Numbered from the stretch's first letter, positions 25,872 through 39,579 are shown. The stretch: 64,000 nucleotides of DNA from Octopus sinensis (GCF_006345805.1 NC_042997.1:14570001-14634000); one strand, 5' to 3'. A program made the numbers and translations. The notes: generated from the letters alone by a model not told the origin.

Positions 25872-27479
25872 GGCGCAGGAGTGGCTGTTTGCTAACCAAC
25901 CACATGGTTCCGGGTTCAGTCCCACTGCGTGGCATCTTGGGCAAGTGTCTTCTGCTATAGCCTCGGGCCGACCAATGCCTTGTGAGTGGATTTGGCAGAC
26001 GGAAACTGAAAGAAGCCTGTCGTATATATGTATATATATATAAGTGTGTGTGAATATGTTTGTGTGTCTGTGTTTATTCCCCTAGCATTGCTTGACAACC
26101 GATGCTGGTGTGTTTACGTCCCCGTCACTTAGCGGTTCGGCAAAAGAGACCGATAGAATAAGTACTGGGCTTACAAAGAATAAGTCCCGGGGTCGATGAT
26201 TTGCTCGACTAAAGGCGGTGCTCCAGCATGGCCGCAGTCAAATGACTGAAACAAGTAAAAAGAGTAAAAAGAGTATATAGTACTCCACATTTTGTAACAC
26301 TTGTAATAGGCATTTTTAGAGAAAAAAGTGCGTACTTCCATTTCTCTATTTTAATTTTCACGTTTTAAAATTCAGACAGGTTAAAAAAAAAAAAGAAAAA
26401 AAACGAGAAATTCCGATTGCTCGTTTTCGATAGCTTTTTTCCAAAATTATTTTCTGTAAAAAGATAAGTGTTTCAAAATGTGGAATACCAAAACAATAAC
26501 AAAACAAAATAACAATAATTAAAAAAAAAAAAAAAAGTTGTGGTTTGTATTCCGAAGGTACGATAAGAGGGATGGGTAGACGTTTTAAAAAGCATGGATT
26601 AAAAAGTTACTTAGGAAAAGTCTGCTCGCCGATGTTATGAAAAGGAGAAAAACCTCGAAAGAAAAAAAAAAAAAAAAAAAGCAAGTAATTCCGAAAGCTC
26701 GTCAAATATAAATTGCCTTTTTTTTTTTTAATTCGTAATGATATGAGTTTCTAAAACATCACAGATTTGAAAAAAAAAATTATGGAAAACACAGAAAAAA
26801 AAACAGGCTGGTTAAATGGTGAGCTCCTGTCCGAATAATTGGTGGAGTATCGTAAGCACAATACTCCACCAACAAATAACAATTTGTAATTATGATAATT
26901 GTTACTTTAATCTATGAACGAACCTGTTGAGTCAGTCCTATAATTTAAAACAAATGTACGAAGACAAATTTTGATTTACATTCATAAATGCGTTAAAATA
27001 ATTGTATAATTCTTTACTTAAAACAAAAGTCAAAATACCAAATTATGGAAGATATGAAGAATTTCTTACCTATACACTAAAACTACATGTTCAAGAGAAC
27101 AGCCGAGTGAAATACGCGGAAATCAAAATTGTCATTGTTAAAAAAAAAAAAGTGATTTGTTCAGGTTAAGTAATCCCCCCTCTCTCTCTCTGTATAGATA
27201 TAGATATACGTTCTTTCATTTTATTGTTGAACTTGTTCTTGTCGTTATTGTCGTTGTTTTTGTTTAGTGTCATGTTTTCGTCTTTCTAAGGAATTCCTTA
27301 GGGAATTTTATAACTGGTTTCGTTAGTAAACATTTGGGTTTTTTTTTTATTTATTATTTTTGTTCACTGTTCTTGCTTGAAGTTAGTTTTTCTTTAAAAA
27401 AAAAAAACATTTTCCGATCGATTTAAAAACATTTTAAAAACTTGATTATACCACTGAAAAATAATGGGGGCGGGCGGGC

Positions 27480-27598
27480 ATTATCATCCATCTGTCTCTT
27501 TTGGCCACCTCATTATCACCCCATTTTTCCTCAACGTCCTGCACCCGATCTTTCCACTGTGCCCAGAGGAACAGTACCGCCCACTTTGGGAACCACTG
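27480..27598 (-). mobile_element. hAT-type terminus (CAGTGGTTCCCAAAGTGGGCGGTAC)
   Basis: Charlie-like TIR followed by gtctaacc, resembling the NTCTAGAN 8 bp target preference. The matching left end was not found. Confidence 0.55.
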
Positions 27599-27606
27599 GT
27601 CTAACC

Positions 27607-27828
27607 TATTTCTTTATTACCCACAAGGGGCTAAACACAGAGGGGACAAACAAGGACAGACATAGGTATTAAGTCGATTACATCGACCCCAGTGCGTAAC
27701 TGGTACTTAATTTATCGACCCCGAAAGGATGAAAGGCAAAGTCGACCTCGGCGTAATTTGAACTCACAACGTAACGCAGACGAAATACCGCTAAGCATTT
27801 CGTCCGGCGTGCTAACGTTTCTGCCAGC
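27607..27828 (-). mobile_element. tRNA-derived SINE family 2 (agctggcagaa head) with 20 bp TSD
   Basis: tgggaaccactggtctaacc at 27587-27606 and 27829-27848. Other copies/fragments at approx. 870-1050, 2108-2240, 2868-3080, 3140-3285, 19560-19900, 31900-32070, 37715-37925, 46580-46945, 48221-48465, 52645-52893, 55070-55290, 56040-56190, 60635-60850, 62230-62380. Confidence 0.88.
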
Positions 27829-28087
27829 TGGGAACCACTGGTCTAACCGTTCCTCCGTATTTCAACCATTTACGAAGTTTGTACATGGTTACTAAATGTG
27901 TTTGAAATAGCGACTTAATATCCTTAGAATTACACCTTACTTTCTTAAAAAAAGGAAGAACACACAGTATAATGAATTCTTAGTTCCATTTTACCTTAAG
28001 AATGAATTCATGATCAAGGCTTGAACACATTTTACGGAGACTGTGCTGGAATTAAGCAGCAACACGTCACTACTTTGAGAAACAATA

Positions 28088-29708
28088 CCAGGTTGAATCA
28101 AAAGTTTTTTTGGATTTTCACCGATGATTTTTGGCAACTTGTATCTTCATGTTATATTATTAATTTTATACAACTTATTGTCTAATCATTACTGAATTGT
28201 TTATTCTTTATTTCCATGTATAACATATAAATATTAATAGTTAACTCTTATCGTAATGAGTGGTGGAAAAATTGCAATTAGAGCCATCAAAGTAGCTAGA
28301 AAAGAAATCAATGATCTGGATGACCTAGGAACTGTCCATGAATGTGTGGTACAAAACTGGTTTAGACGTTTTAAGAAAGGTAACACCTGCCTCAGACTAA
28401 CCCCAGTCAAGAACTTGTGCAGTGAATGACAGCCAAGCACAAGCACTCATACATTATCGGTAGAACTTGCTCATTCACAAAGTACTATACATCAACACCT
28501 CCACAAGCTCAGCTTGCAAACAGACATTGTTGAGAAGCTCCTCTTGAACTAAACAATGACCAGGCTCAACAATTTGTGAAAATTTACAAAAATTGCTGGC
28601 AAATCTTTGAGAAGCTTGTTTTTGGAGTTGTTTGTAACTGGGTTTCAAAAATGGATCTATTTTTGTAATCCTAATAAGAAAAATCAGTGACTGTACTTCA
28701 GAACCTGTGGTCCAACAAGGCAGTTTGTACAGATGGTTGTATGTGTTTGGTAGAATTTTGAGAGGTTGCTGCACTTTAGCTTGTCTCAGATGGTTATACT
28801 GTGAACACTAACCTTTAAGCTAAACAAATACAGCAAGCACATGATGCTTTGAAGACCCTCTACCCAGCATTGGTCAGTAGAAGATGTGTACTCCTACAGC
28901 ATGACAGTGGCCCAACTATTTCTGCCAATATGACCAAGTGCAAACTCAAGTTACTTGAGGAGCTGGAAGTGCTACTCCACCCTGCCGACAGTCCAGACGT
29001 TGTACCATCAGATTACCACCTTTTCCAAGCCATGGCTCATTTTCTGCACTGACAGAGGTTCAACAATGTGGATGAGGTTGGAAAAGGGTGCAGGAAGTCT
29101 TTGCCTCTAAACCAGCCAAATGATATAAGCTTGGAATTGAGCTTCTTGCACAACAATGGCAACAGACAATAGAATAAGATGGGATATATTTTGATGAACA
29201 TATGGTGCCTACTCTGGCACCTGTGCTGGTGGCATGTAAAAAGCACCATCCGTATGTGGCCGATGCCAGCGCCGCCTTGACTGGCTTCCATGTCGGTGGC
29301 ACGTAAAAACCACCAACCAATCGTGGCCGCTGCCAGCCTCCCCTGGCACGTAAAAAGCACCCACTACACTCACGGAGAGCGCCGCCTTGACTGGCTTCCA
29401 TGTCGGTGGCACGTAAAAACCACCAACCGATCGTGGCCGTTGCCAGCCTCCCCTGGCACGTAAAAAGCACCCACTACACTCACGGAGTGGTTGGTGTTAG
29501 GAAGGGCTTCCAGCTGTAGAAACACTTCCAGATCAGACTGGAGCTTGGTGCAGCCTCCTGGCTTCCCAGACCCCGGCTGAACTGTCCAACCCATGCTAGC
29601 ATGGAAAACGGACGTTAAACGATGATGATGATGATGATGATATGTTTTTCATATATAAATTGATTGAACTATTAATTAAAGATATGAAAAACTTTTTACT
29701 CAAGCTGG
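28088..29708 (+). mobile_element. Near full-length degenerate mariner with an RTE 3' fragment inserted at ~29200-29640
   Basis: TA-ccaggttgaatcaaaagtttt ... aaaactttttactcaagctgg-TA; transposase pieces VQNWFRRFKKG, LLQHDSGP, HPADSPDVVPSDYHLF. Confidence 0.85.
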
Positions 29709-32289
29709 TAGTACTGTAGAATTAACAAATGTTCTGTTCGCTTGTAATGCTGAGTCTAATCCTTTAATTAACATATTTCTGTTGAAATGCACAACATTGG
29801 TTTCAATTAGTTTTAAAGATGATGTAGAATTTAGTAAAATTGTAGTAAAATTAATTGTTGTGGAGGCACATGGCTTAGTGGTTAGGGTGTCAGCATCATG
29901 ATCGTAAGATTGTGGTTTCGATTCCTGGACCGGGCGACACGTTGTGTTCTTGAGCAAAACACTTCATTTCACGTTGCTCCAGTCCACTCAGCTGGCAAAA
30001 ATGAGTAACGCTGTGATGGACTGGGGAACACATACACCATAGAAACTGGGGAACACATACACAATAGAAACTGGGAAACCAGGCCCATGAGCCTGGCTAG
30101 GCTTTAAAAGGATGCATTTATTTATTTTTTAAAATTAATTGTTAGTGACTGAAGCAGTATTAGTACCAAAAGGTAATCTTTATATCCAACGTAATGTGGA
30201 TGGTTTGTTAGAACACTGAATACAGTGTCATTAATTTTGGAAGATTCTTTCGTATAGGCTCTTGGCTCATAAAAGCACACATAAATCATAGCAGATAACC
30301 ACTGTCTGTCATGGGAGTTCTGGTGCCACTAACAGACAATTCTCATCTTTTATGACCTGTTTGTCTGCTTTTATGCACCAAATGCCTAAATGGGAGGATC
30401 TCTCAATGCTAATAACACAGTGTTTGGTGTCCTAAAAAGACATCCATGTTAAGCTGGATCATCATCATCATCACTGCTTAAAGTCTGCTTTCCATGCTGG
30501 CATGGGTTGGACAGTTTGACTGAGGACTGGCAAGCCAGGAGGCTGTACCAGGCTCCAATCTGATCTGGCAAGGTTTCTACAGCTGGATGCTCTTCCTAAT
30601 GTCAACCACTACAAGAGTGCAGTGGGTGCTTTTTATGTGCCACTGGCATGGGGGCTAGTTAGGTGGTACTAGCATCGACTAAACTTGAATGATGCTTTTT
30701 ACATGCCACTAGCACAGGAGCCAGTCAGGCGGCACTGGCATTGACCACACTTGAATGGTGCTTTTTATGTCAGTGGTATGGTACTTTTTACATGTACTTC
30801 TACATGTACAGTGGTACTTTTTACATGCTACCGGCACAGGTGCCAGTCAAGCAGCACTGGCATTGACCACAACTACGATTTCACTTGACTCAACAGGTCC
30901 TCTCAAGCACAGCATATTGCCCGATGATTGAAGGGTGCTTTTAAATGGGCTGGTTATGCAACACTAGCGTTGGCCACAGCAACGTGGATATAATAGTAAA
31001 ATAATTTTGTCGTTATTAAACTGGTGTTTAATTCATAAATTAACATGGTTCCGGGTTCAGTCCCACTGTGTGGAACTTTGGGCAAGTGTCTTCTACAATA
31101 GCCTTGGACCGACCAAAGTCTTGTGAGTGGATTTGGTAGACGGAAACTGAAAGAAGCCTGTCGTATATATATATATATGTGTGTGTGTATGTGTGTTTGT
31201 CCCCCAACATTGCTTGACAACCGATGCTGGTGTGTTTGCATCCCAGTAACTTAGCGGATTGGCAAAGAGACCGAGAGAATAAGTACTAGGCCCACAAAGA
31301 ATAAGTCCTGGGGTTGATTTGCTCGACTAAAGGCGGTGCTCCTGCATGGCTGCAGTCAAATGACTGAAACGAGTAAAAGAGTATGAAATTTAAAAGGGAA
31401 GTTTTAATTAAATCACTTTAAAATAGAATCAGAAGTAGTTTTGGGTGGGTTGGTGTCAAAAGGGTGAGATAAGATAGAAGAACTGATATTGCTGCTATGT
31501 TTGAATTTTATAGCCAATCTATCAAGAAAATAGATACAACATGACTGAATAAAGGTTTAATGATAAAACATGTGAACAGAGTACTTGTCTCATGACTCCT
31601 TATGTACTACAGTCCCCCCAAACAATGTATTCTGTACTTCAGTGAACTGTATTTTTGTAGGTCTACCTACTTATCTTTGAAATCTTGCGATCCGATTCTA
31701 ATCTGTGATAGACTTTATTCTTGTCTAAGGGATGACAATGTGTTTAGATTGTTTAATACTGCAAAAATAAGGGAGAGGGATGGAGAGGTTATGTTGTTAC
31801 CTTTGGAATAGACACATATCAAAATAAATTAGGTTTTAGAGATTTCCAAGGGAACATTGTTAGATGGTTCTTGAAAACTAAATATTTTAATGAAATATTT
31901 GATATTGGCTTCAAGTTTTAGCAAACAGCCAGCATTTTCGGGAATTGGGACTTATCAGTTACATCAATCACAATGCTCAACTAGCATTTTTTTCGCAACC
32001 CCAAAAGAATAAAAGGCAAGGTCAAGCCCAGCGGTATTTGAACTCAGAATGTAGAATCAGAAGAAATGCCACTCTTTCTCTTTTACTTGTTTCAGTCATT
32101 TGACTGTGGTCATGCTGGAGCACCGCCTTTAGTGGAGCAAATCGCCCCCAGGACTTATTCTTTGTAAGCCTAGTACTTATTCTATCAGTCTCTTTTGCCA
32201 AACTGCTAAGTTACAGGGACATAAACACACCAGCATCGGTTGTCAAGCGATGTTGGGGGGGGGGGACAAACACAGACACACATACATAT

Positions 32290-32321
<32 letters not shown>

Positions 32322-32326
32322 TTTTT

Positions 32327-32443
32327 TTTATTATATAGAAGGAGCTTCTACAGGACTAGAACTGTTTCATTCAAGAGAAATCATGATGATTTCTCTTGAA
32401 TGAAACAGTTCTAGTCCTGTAGAAGCTCCTTCTATATAATAAA
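32327..32443. repeat. Perfect 117 bp palindrome (58 bp arms, 1 nt centre at 32385)
   Basis: Position x pairs with 64770-x throughout; inserted in the internal (TA)n of a family-1 SINE with a unique tail to ~32510. Confidence 0.95.
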
Positions 32444-32510
32444 TTAATTTTACTCTGCTATGTATTGAGTACCTTATTTACTGTGGTTAACCCCGAATCA
32501 ACCCGGGACC

Positions 32511-32547
<37 letters not shown>

Positions 32548-33596
32548 GACGGGCTTCTTTCAGTTTCAGTCTACCAAATCCACTCACTAGGCTTTGGTCG
32601 GCCCGAGGCTATAGTAGAAGACACTTGCCCAAGGTGCCACGCAGTGGGACTGAACCTGGAATCATGTGGTTGGTAAGTAAGCTACTTACCACACAGCCAT
32701 TTTTTTCTGACTTTATGGCATGATAATGATTCTACCAGCTCACCACCTTTTGAAATGCTTAATATTAATCATTTGATAATATTAATAATTTAATAATGAA
32801 AATGTTCTTCGTTGTTTAGTCAATAACTATTTTCCAAATAACTCACCAAAGAAACCAAAATAAGGGTTAAAGGCATTTCATTAAAGGAACTACTGTATAG
32901 CCAAACAGCAGGATTTGAACTGAAAGATTACAGTACCAAATAAGATATCGTACAGTTACATCACCAGCAATCTACAAATTGTGATTAATCCCTCCTCCCA
33001 TGTTTAAAGGTGTTTAGTTGTGTTGCATTGAACACATAATCCTTCGATTAGTAGTAGTTCAGTAGGTTAACTACTCACCTCCAACATCCAATCACAAATT
33101 AAAAATTTCTCTCCATCAATTCCACACTTTCTAGTGAAAATCCAATTATATTTTTTTAATTTTACTACTTCTCTCACCTTCACTTTTTTTGCCTTTTCTC
33201 CTCTCTTTTTTGTTCAATTTCTTCCTTTTATCTGCATCTCTTTTCTTCGCTCACACCACCACCACCTTAATCCCTTCCTCTCATTTCTTCTTCCCACCCC
33301 GTCCGTTATTTTCTTCACTCTCTTAAATAATTTTTCAATTTCCCAATCCTCCACGTTATTTCTCTGCCTTGTCTCTCTTTCTCATTAACATTATCATAAA
33401 GGAGACCTCAGTTAATTCTTTCCAAATCACTTCACACTGATCAATAAGTTGAAATGAAAGATTGTCCAATTAACCACTTAATAAGGTAACCTTGATAATA
33501 TTTCCCACTTTAAGTCATTTAAGGCACAGTATTTTAGTGGTTAATGTATTCTACTGAAAGCTAATTCTTTCCTGAATCACAAGAATCCATAGAACC

Positions 33597-34640
33597 AGCA
33601 TTCATCCTCAGTTGTTATAGCATTAAGCAAATGAGAGTCTAAACCTCAAGCTTGGCTCAGCATTCATCCTCAGTTGTTATAGCATTAAGCAAATGAGAGT
33701 CTAAACCTCAAGCTTGGCTCAGCATTCATCCTCACTTGTTATAGCATTAAGCAAATGAGTCTAAACCTCAAGCTTGGCTCAGCATTCATCCTCAGTTGTT
33801 ATAGCATTAAGCAAATGAGTCTAAACCTCAAGCTTGGCTCAGCATTCATCCTCAGTTGTTATAGCATTAAGCAAATGAGAGTCTAAACCTCAAGCTTGGC
33901 TCAGCATTCATCCTCAGTTGTTATAGCATTAAGCAAATGAGAGTCTAAACCTCAAGCTTGGCTCAGCATTCATCCTCAGTTGTTATAGCATTAAGCAATG
34001 AGAGTCTAAACCTCAAGCTTGGCTCAGCATTCATCCTCAGTTGTTATAGCATTAAGCAAATGAGAGTCTAAACCTCAAGCTTGGCTCAGCATTCATCCTC
34101 AGTTGTTATAGCATTAAGCAAATGAGAGTCTAAACCTCAAGCTTGGCTCAGCATTCATCCTCAGTTGTTATAGCATTAAGCAAATGAGAGTCTAAACCTC
34201 AAGCTTGGCTCAGCATTCATCCTCAGTTGTTATAGCATTAAGCAATGAGAGTCTAAACCTCAAGCTTGGCTCAGCATTCATCCTCAGTTGTTATAGCATT
34301 AAGCAAATGAGAGTCTAAACCTCAAGCTTGGCTCAGCATTCATCCTCAGTTGTTATAGCATTAAGCAAATGAGTCTAACCTCAAGCTTGGCTCAGCATTC
34401 ATCCTCAGTTGTTATAGCATTAAGCAAATGAGAGTCTAAACCTCAAGCTTGGCTCAGCATTCATCCTCAGTTGTTATAGCATTAAGCAAATGAGAGTCTA
34501 AACCTCAAGCTTGGCTCAGCATTCATCCTCAGTTGTTATAGCATTAAGCAAATGAGAGTCTAAACCTCAAGCTTGGCTCAGCATTCATCCTCAGTTGTTA
34601 TAGCATTAAGCAAATGAGAGTCTAAACCTCAAGCTTGGCT
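33597..34640. repeat. 62 bp minisatellite, 17 copies
   Basis: Unit AGCATTCATCCTCAGTTGTTATAGCATTAAGCAAATGAGAGTCTAAACCTCAAGCTTGGCTC; variants are 59-61 bp microdeletions and one G>C. Confidence 0.97.
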
Positions 34641-34973
34641 GAGATGCTGATCCATACTAGGTCACTTTTCATGGTGGAATAATTCTGCCTGCCTAGCACT
34701 GCATACCAACAAACTATCAATCATCACAATGCTGTCACCACTTACAGCAATAAATTATTCCACCTTGCTGGACCTACTTAACAGTTAAGTGGACTTTACC
34801 AGGGAAAATTAAGCAATTCAAATACCATGCAACATAGATTCTTTATTTATCAAAATTATCTCTTCCTTTAGAGGAACTGTTATGATAACTGAATGACAAA
34901 GAAGACCAATTCCATATGAGAAGGTGAGATAATCTCTAGAATCAAGATTTCTCTAAAGTTGACATGCCGTTAA

Positions 34974-35194
34974 CCCTTTCGTTACCAACCCAGCCAAAAC
35001 CGGCTCTGGCTCTGTAGTATAAAAGCCTTGTTTTCATAAGTTTTGCATTGAAATCTTCCACCAAACCTTAGTCGCAATTTATATACCTAACACTAGTTGA
35101 ATGATAACTGAGTTATTTTACTAAATTCTTTGTTATATTTAAAATAATTGAAAGAAACACAGAGCATCTCAAAATAAATACAGTAACGAAAGGG
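34974..35194. mobile_element. piggyBac-type MITE, 221 bp
   Basis: TTAA-CCCTTTCGTTAC...GTAACGAAAGGG-TTAA. Confidence 0.9.
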
Positions 35195-36399
35195 TTAAGG
35201 AAAATGATGAGATTGTCTGAAGATAAGAGGACAGTCATGGGTACATATTTCTGACTCGATAGCTATCATCAACTTGACAACAGTCCAATATTATCTCCAG
35301 CAACCAAAAGAGTAGAATATATTTATGGCATATCATCATCATCATCATTTAACATCCGCTTTCCATGCTAGCATGGGTTGGACGATTTGACTGAGGGCTG
35401 GCAACCAGATGGCTGCACCAGACTCCAATCTTGATCTGGCAGAGTTTCTACAGCTGGATGCCCTTCCTAATGCCAACCACTCCGAGAGTGTAGTGCCAAC
35501 CACCCTGAGAGTGTAGTCATATGTAAGTTGCAAAATTTAATCTTGATTACTGATATGATCCAGCATTTGCAAGAGAGACAACAAGAATGAGAAACCCTTC
35601 CTATATAAGCTAAATTTTTCCTATGCTCAAATTTGAAACCTTGCTCTAATATTATCTCTAAGAACTTGTATGAAAAAAAAATGGTCTATGCCTTAAGAGT
35701 AAAATTACAAGTTAATTAATCCAAGCTGAATATGTATGAATAAGTAAAATTAAAGATCCTTTATTTTTCTCAGCACTGATGCACATTCACAACCTCTAGT
35801 GTACACAAACCCCATATTTGGCTGTCCTGTACCTTACACACTCAGTTAGTGTTTGATACTCACCAACCATGTGATTGTGTTAGTAGATCACATTAAAATT
35901 CCTTTACAAAAACTCAGAAACTTTAGCATTTACAGCAGACTATCTTACTTTAAACTTTTATTTTCAAGAGAATTTCTGCAGTCCAGAACATGTAAAGTGT
36001 AACATGCTCATTTATTATTTAGACTTCATACTAACTTGTTACATCGGTATGTTGGATTGGTGCAATTGTATGAGATGCTTAGATGATATTTTACAGAGCT
36101 GGTTGACAATATTCCAGAGACAGTAACTTAACTATTTCTGCTGTTGTTGGGCACCTTTCTACTCATGGATACACCATGAAGCAAAGAAAAGTCAGTATGT
36201 TCATTGCATTCATGGAGCCACAGGGATGTCAGATACTGGTCAAGTATAACTGCACATATCTGCCTTAGGATCCCTCCCTCTGGATTTTCTGAGGGTGTTT
36301 TACATTATTTTCAATGGATGTTCAAAATGATGCAAAAAAACATATATATTATAGCTATCTAGTGTCATGATCTAAGAGATATGGTAGTTTAACTCTTGA

Positions 36400-37050
36400 A
36401 AACAAATTGTATTGGGATTTACTGTGATGTTCACATTCCAAAGCCAACTCTCAATGTACAAGAAGATATGGACAGCAGGTCATGGGAGTGGAAGAGACAA
36501 TGGATGCTTTTTATAGTGTAAGCAAGGAGTAACAAATGGGAAAAGGTGGGAGTGGAGCTGAATGTAGTAAGTGACAGACAAGGGTTGAGGTGCAGTTGAA
36601 TCAGTATGGTGAGGGATAAGGTGAGAGATCTAGGAGTGGTTCAGGATGGGGAATGGATCAGAAAGTTACAGAATGAGATGCAAGATCCAGGAGCAGTGGA
36701 GAGGGAGTTATAGTAAGTGGGACAAGTTGGTAGAAATGAGATCGCATTGAAGACTATGGCAGATAAAAGGGGTGTTAAGAACAGTGTGCATAGAGAAGAG
36801 GTCTCAATGGATGAAGGCACAAAAAGGAGGTGATTGATGGGAATAGAGTGGACAATGATGATAAGGAGGAATGGAAGTGCTTCCAAGGAGGAGGAGAGGA
36901 GGGGTAGAGGTAACCAGAAAGAGGAGAATGTTATATGCACCAATTCTGCTTTCAGGTGGTTACACCAGACAATTGGTACAATAGATAGGGGATTGATAGG
37001 TATTAGGGAATGAGAATTGGGGGAAATACTTGATGGGGGAGAAAGGGGCA
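36400..37050 (-). mobile_element. Possible highly degenerate LINE apurinic-type endonuclease fragment
   Basis: Pyrimidine-rich minus strand; across frames gives ...YLYPSSPPP...LSSLSTLFPSI... and PTYYNSLSTAP-LDLA...DLS-HP-like remnants. Weak. Confidence 0.3.
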
Positions 37051-38506
37051 AGGACCCAAGTGGTTTTAGGATATCCTTTTTGCAGTGATGGATGGGGGTC
37101 TTCTCAAGCACAGCAAATTGCCAATCATCTCAATCTTCTGTCATCTTTTCATAAGGTCCAGCATCTTGCAATCAACCTTCAATACTTCATCCCATGTCTT
37201 CTTGGGTCTCCCCTTTTCACAAGTTCCATCTACTTTAAAAGGTTAGCACTTCTTTATGCAACTGTCCTTGTCTAAACACCTCACATAACCATACCAACAC
37301 AGTCTTCTCTCTTGCACACTATATCTGATTCCTCTTGTGTCTAACATTTCTCTTAATATATTAGCACTTTGTTGTACATGCACACTGACATTGCACATTC
37401 AATGGAGCATACTAGCTTTGGTGCCTCCCACTGATGACGTCCAGTTGACTGAAATTTTGTGATATGGGGGTTCCAGTGCTCATAACAGGCGAATCTCATC
37501 TGCTACAATATAATCATGTACTTTTATGCACCAAGTGCTTATATGAGAGGATCTTTCATCAAGGATAATAGCACAGTATTCGCTGTTTTAACAAGACATT
37601 CATGTTAAGTTGGATATAAAGATTGTCTTTTGGTACTAACATTAATTCCATCACTAATAATTTATACATATATTTACACATACACACTTTATATATATAT
37701 ATATATATATATAAGGTGAGCTAGAAGAAACGTTAGCATGCCAGGCGAAATGCTTAGCAATATTTCGTCTGTTTTTATGTTCTGAGTTGAAATCCCATCG
37801 AAGTCAACTTTACCGTTCATCCTTTTGGGGTCAATAAATTAAGTACCAGTTGTGTATTGAGATTGATCTAATCAACTAGCCTCTTACCCGAAAATTCCGG
37901 GCCTTGTGCCTAAAGTAGAAAAGAATGTGTGTGTGTGTGTATACATACATATGCACACATGTATTTTACATATATTTTACACATGTGTGTTTGTGTAATC
38001 AGTGTATTAGTCAAGCACTTTCAGTACAACTGTACTAGAATTTTGTAAGACATATAAATGAACTTTCATCTAATATATTTATATAATTACAATTGTCTGA
38101 GGTTTTTTTTTATCCTTTTGAATTTTGTGACAAAACAAAAATAAAAAACAAACCTTGACCTCTTGAGCTAACTTTACATTGCCATATCATTCTATGATTT
38201 TATAATACAGTTTTGTACTTATTTTCAAAGATACAGGTGAACTTATCAGAGAGATATGTGCTTATTGACACAATGCACTCTACAATTAACTATTACAGGA
38301 TAACCAACTAAATCATCAGACAGTACTTAAATCAACCAATGCAATTTCAATTCCAGTTGACACCTCTCAACTCTACCATCAGAGTCAACACAGATCTGGT
38401 CTGAAACTGATAGAAGGAACACTGCTTCTTCACCATAAGAAAATAACATAAAAGATAACAGTAACCAGAAAACACGTTTTCTAACCAAAAACGTAAACAT
38501 TAAGAA

Positions 38507-38849
38507 ATGAACAAACAAATCTTGATAATAATCTTTTTGGTAATTATACCAACGATACATGCTTCTCTAAAGTATCCCCCACACTACTTACAACTATGGC
38601 GTATCTTAGCAAATAGCAAGAATTTATCTAGTTCACCATATCATGATGCTGAAGGCTATAATTATCTGGACAAACTGTCTACAAATAAATATCTTCATAA
38701 CAACAAGCATGAAATTGAGAAAGCTAAGAGTTTGATTTTTGATGATATTTGTGTGAAAATTTCTTCCCTTAATGTATCAAAAAAATGTTGTGAAGATACC
38801 AAAACATTTCTTGGATCCCTTGTTCACAGGTACCCATGGGCACTACAAA
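38507..38849 (+). CDS. nrf-6-like: Gene B exon 1: signal peptide and start of NRF domain, NRF-6/OACYL-like
   Basis: aagaaATG; MNKQILIIIFLVIIPTIHA signal-like segment; ...VSKKCCEDTKTFLGSLVHRYPWALQ + A|gtaagt (phase 1). Confidence 0.88.
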
Positions 38850-39579
38850 GTAAGTTTTATTTTTATATTACTAAATTTTCGTCAGTGTTTATCAAATCCT
38901 CACCTCTTTCCATATGTAGCAATGTTTATAAGACATCTATACCCATGTTTAGTTGTATAGCTGGTGCAGGAGGTAATTGGGATGATTTGCCTAGAGCAAT
39001 GCTTTTATAAGGGCAGCACTTTTGGGTTATAATCCTGTATAAATGGCAGCAAGGGGCTGGGGACCAGGAGCAGCAGATTCAATTACTCTTTGGACAGCAC
39101 ACACCCTAGCTGCACCACTGCCTACTTTCAAAAGTATATGACAGATATGAATGGTCCAAAGAAACTGTAAGGGATCTGATACCACTATGAGACTAAATAA
39201 ATGTATCATACTGTACTGTCATCGTAAGTAAAAGGCTTACTTTTTGTAGAGTGGTACTTTTTATCCAACAAATTTTAGTTTCTACTTCAATACCATAACA
39301 TTGGATATGATACCATAACATTAGATAATGTTTCCAATCTTGATGATACAACGTGTCTGTTCTCTTGACAGAACTGCAATACTCTTTCACTTGTTTCAGT
39401 CATTTGACTGGAGCACTGCCTTTAGTCAAATCAAATCGACCCCAGGACTTATTCTTTGTAAGCCTAGTACTTATTCTAACGGTCTCTTTTGCTGAACTGC
39501 TAAGTTACGGGGATATAAACACACCAGCATCGATTGTCAAGCAATGTTGGTGGGAGAGGGGACAAACACAGATACACAA

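Noticed and set aside
33597-34640. CRISPR array
   Set aside because: Units are contiguous with no unique spacers, there are no cas genes, and the context is eukaryotic.
38850-39010. C-terminal part of the 167 aa ORF 38507-39010
   Set aside because: It reads through a strong gtaagt donor at 38850; homology continues in exon 2 at 44496.
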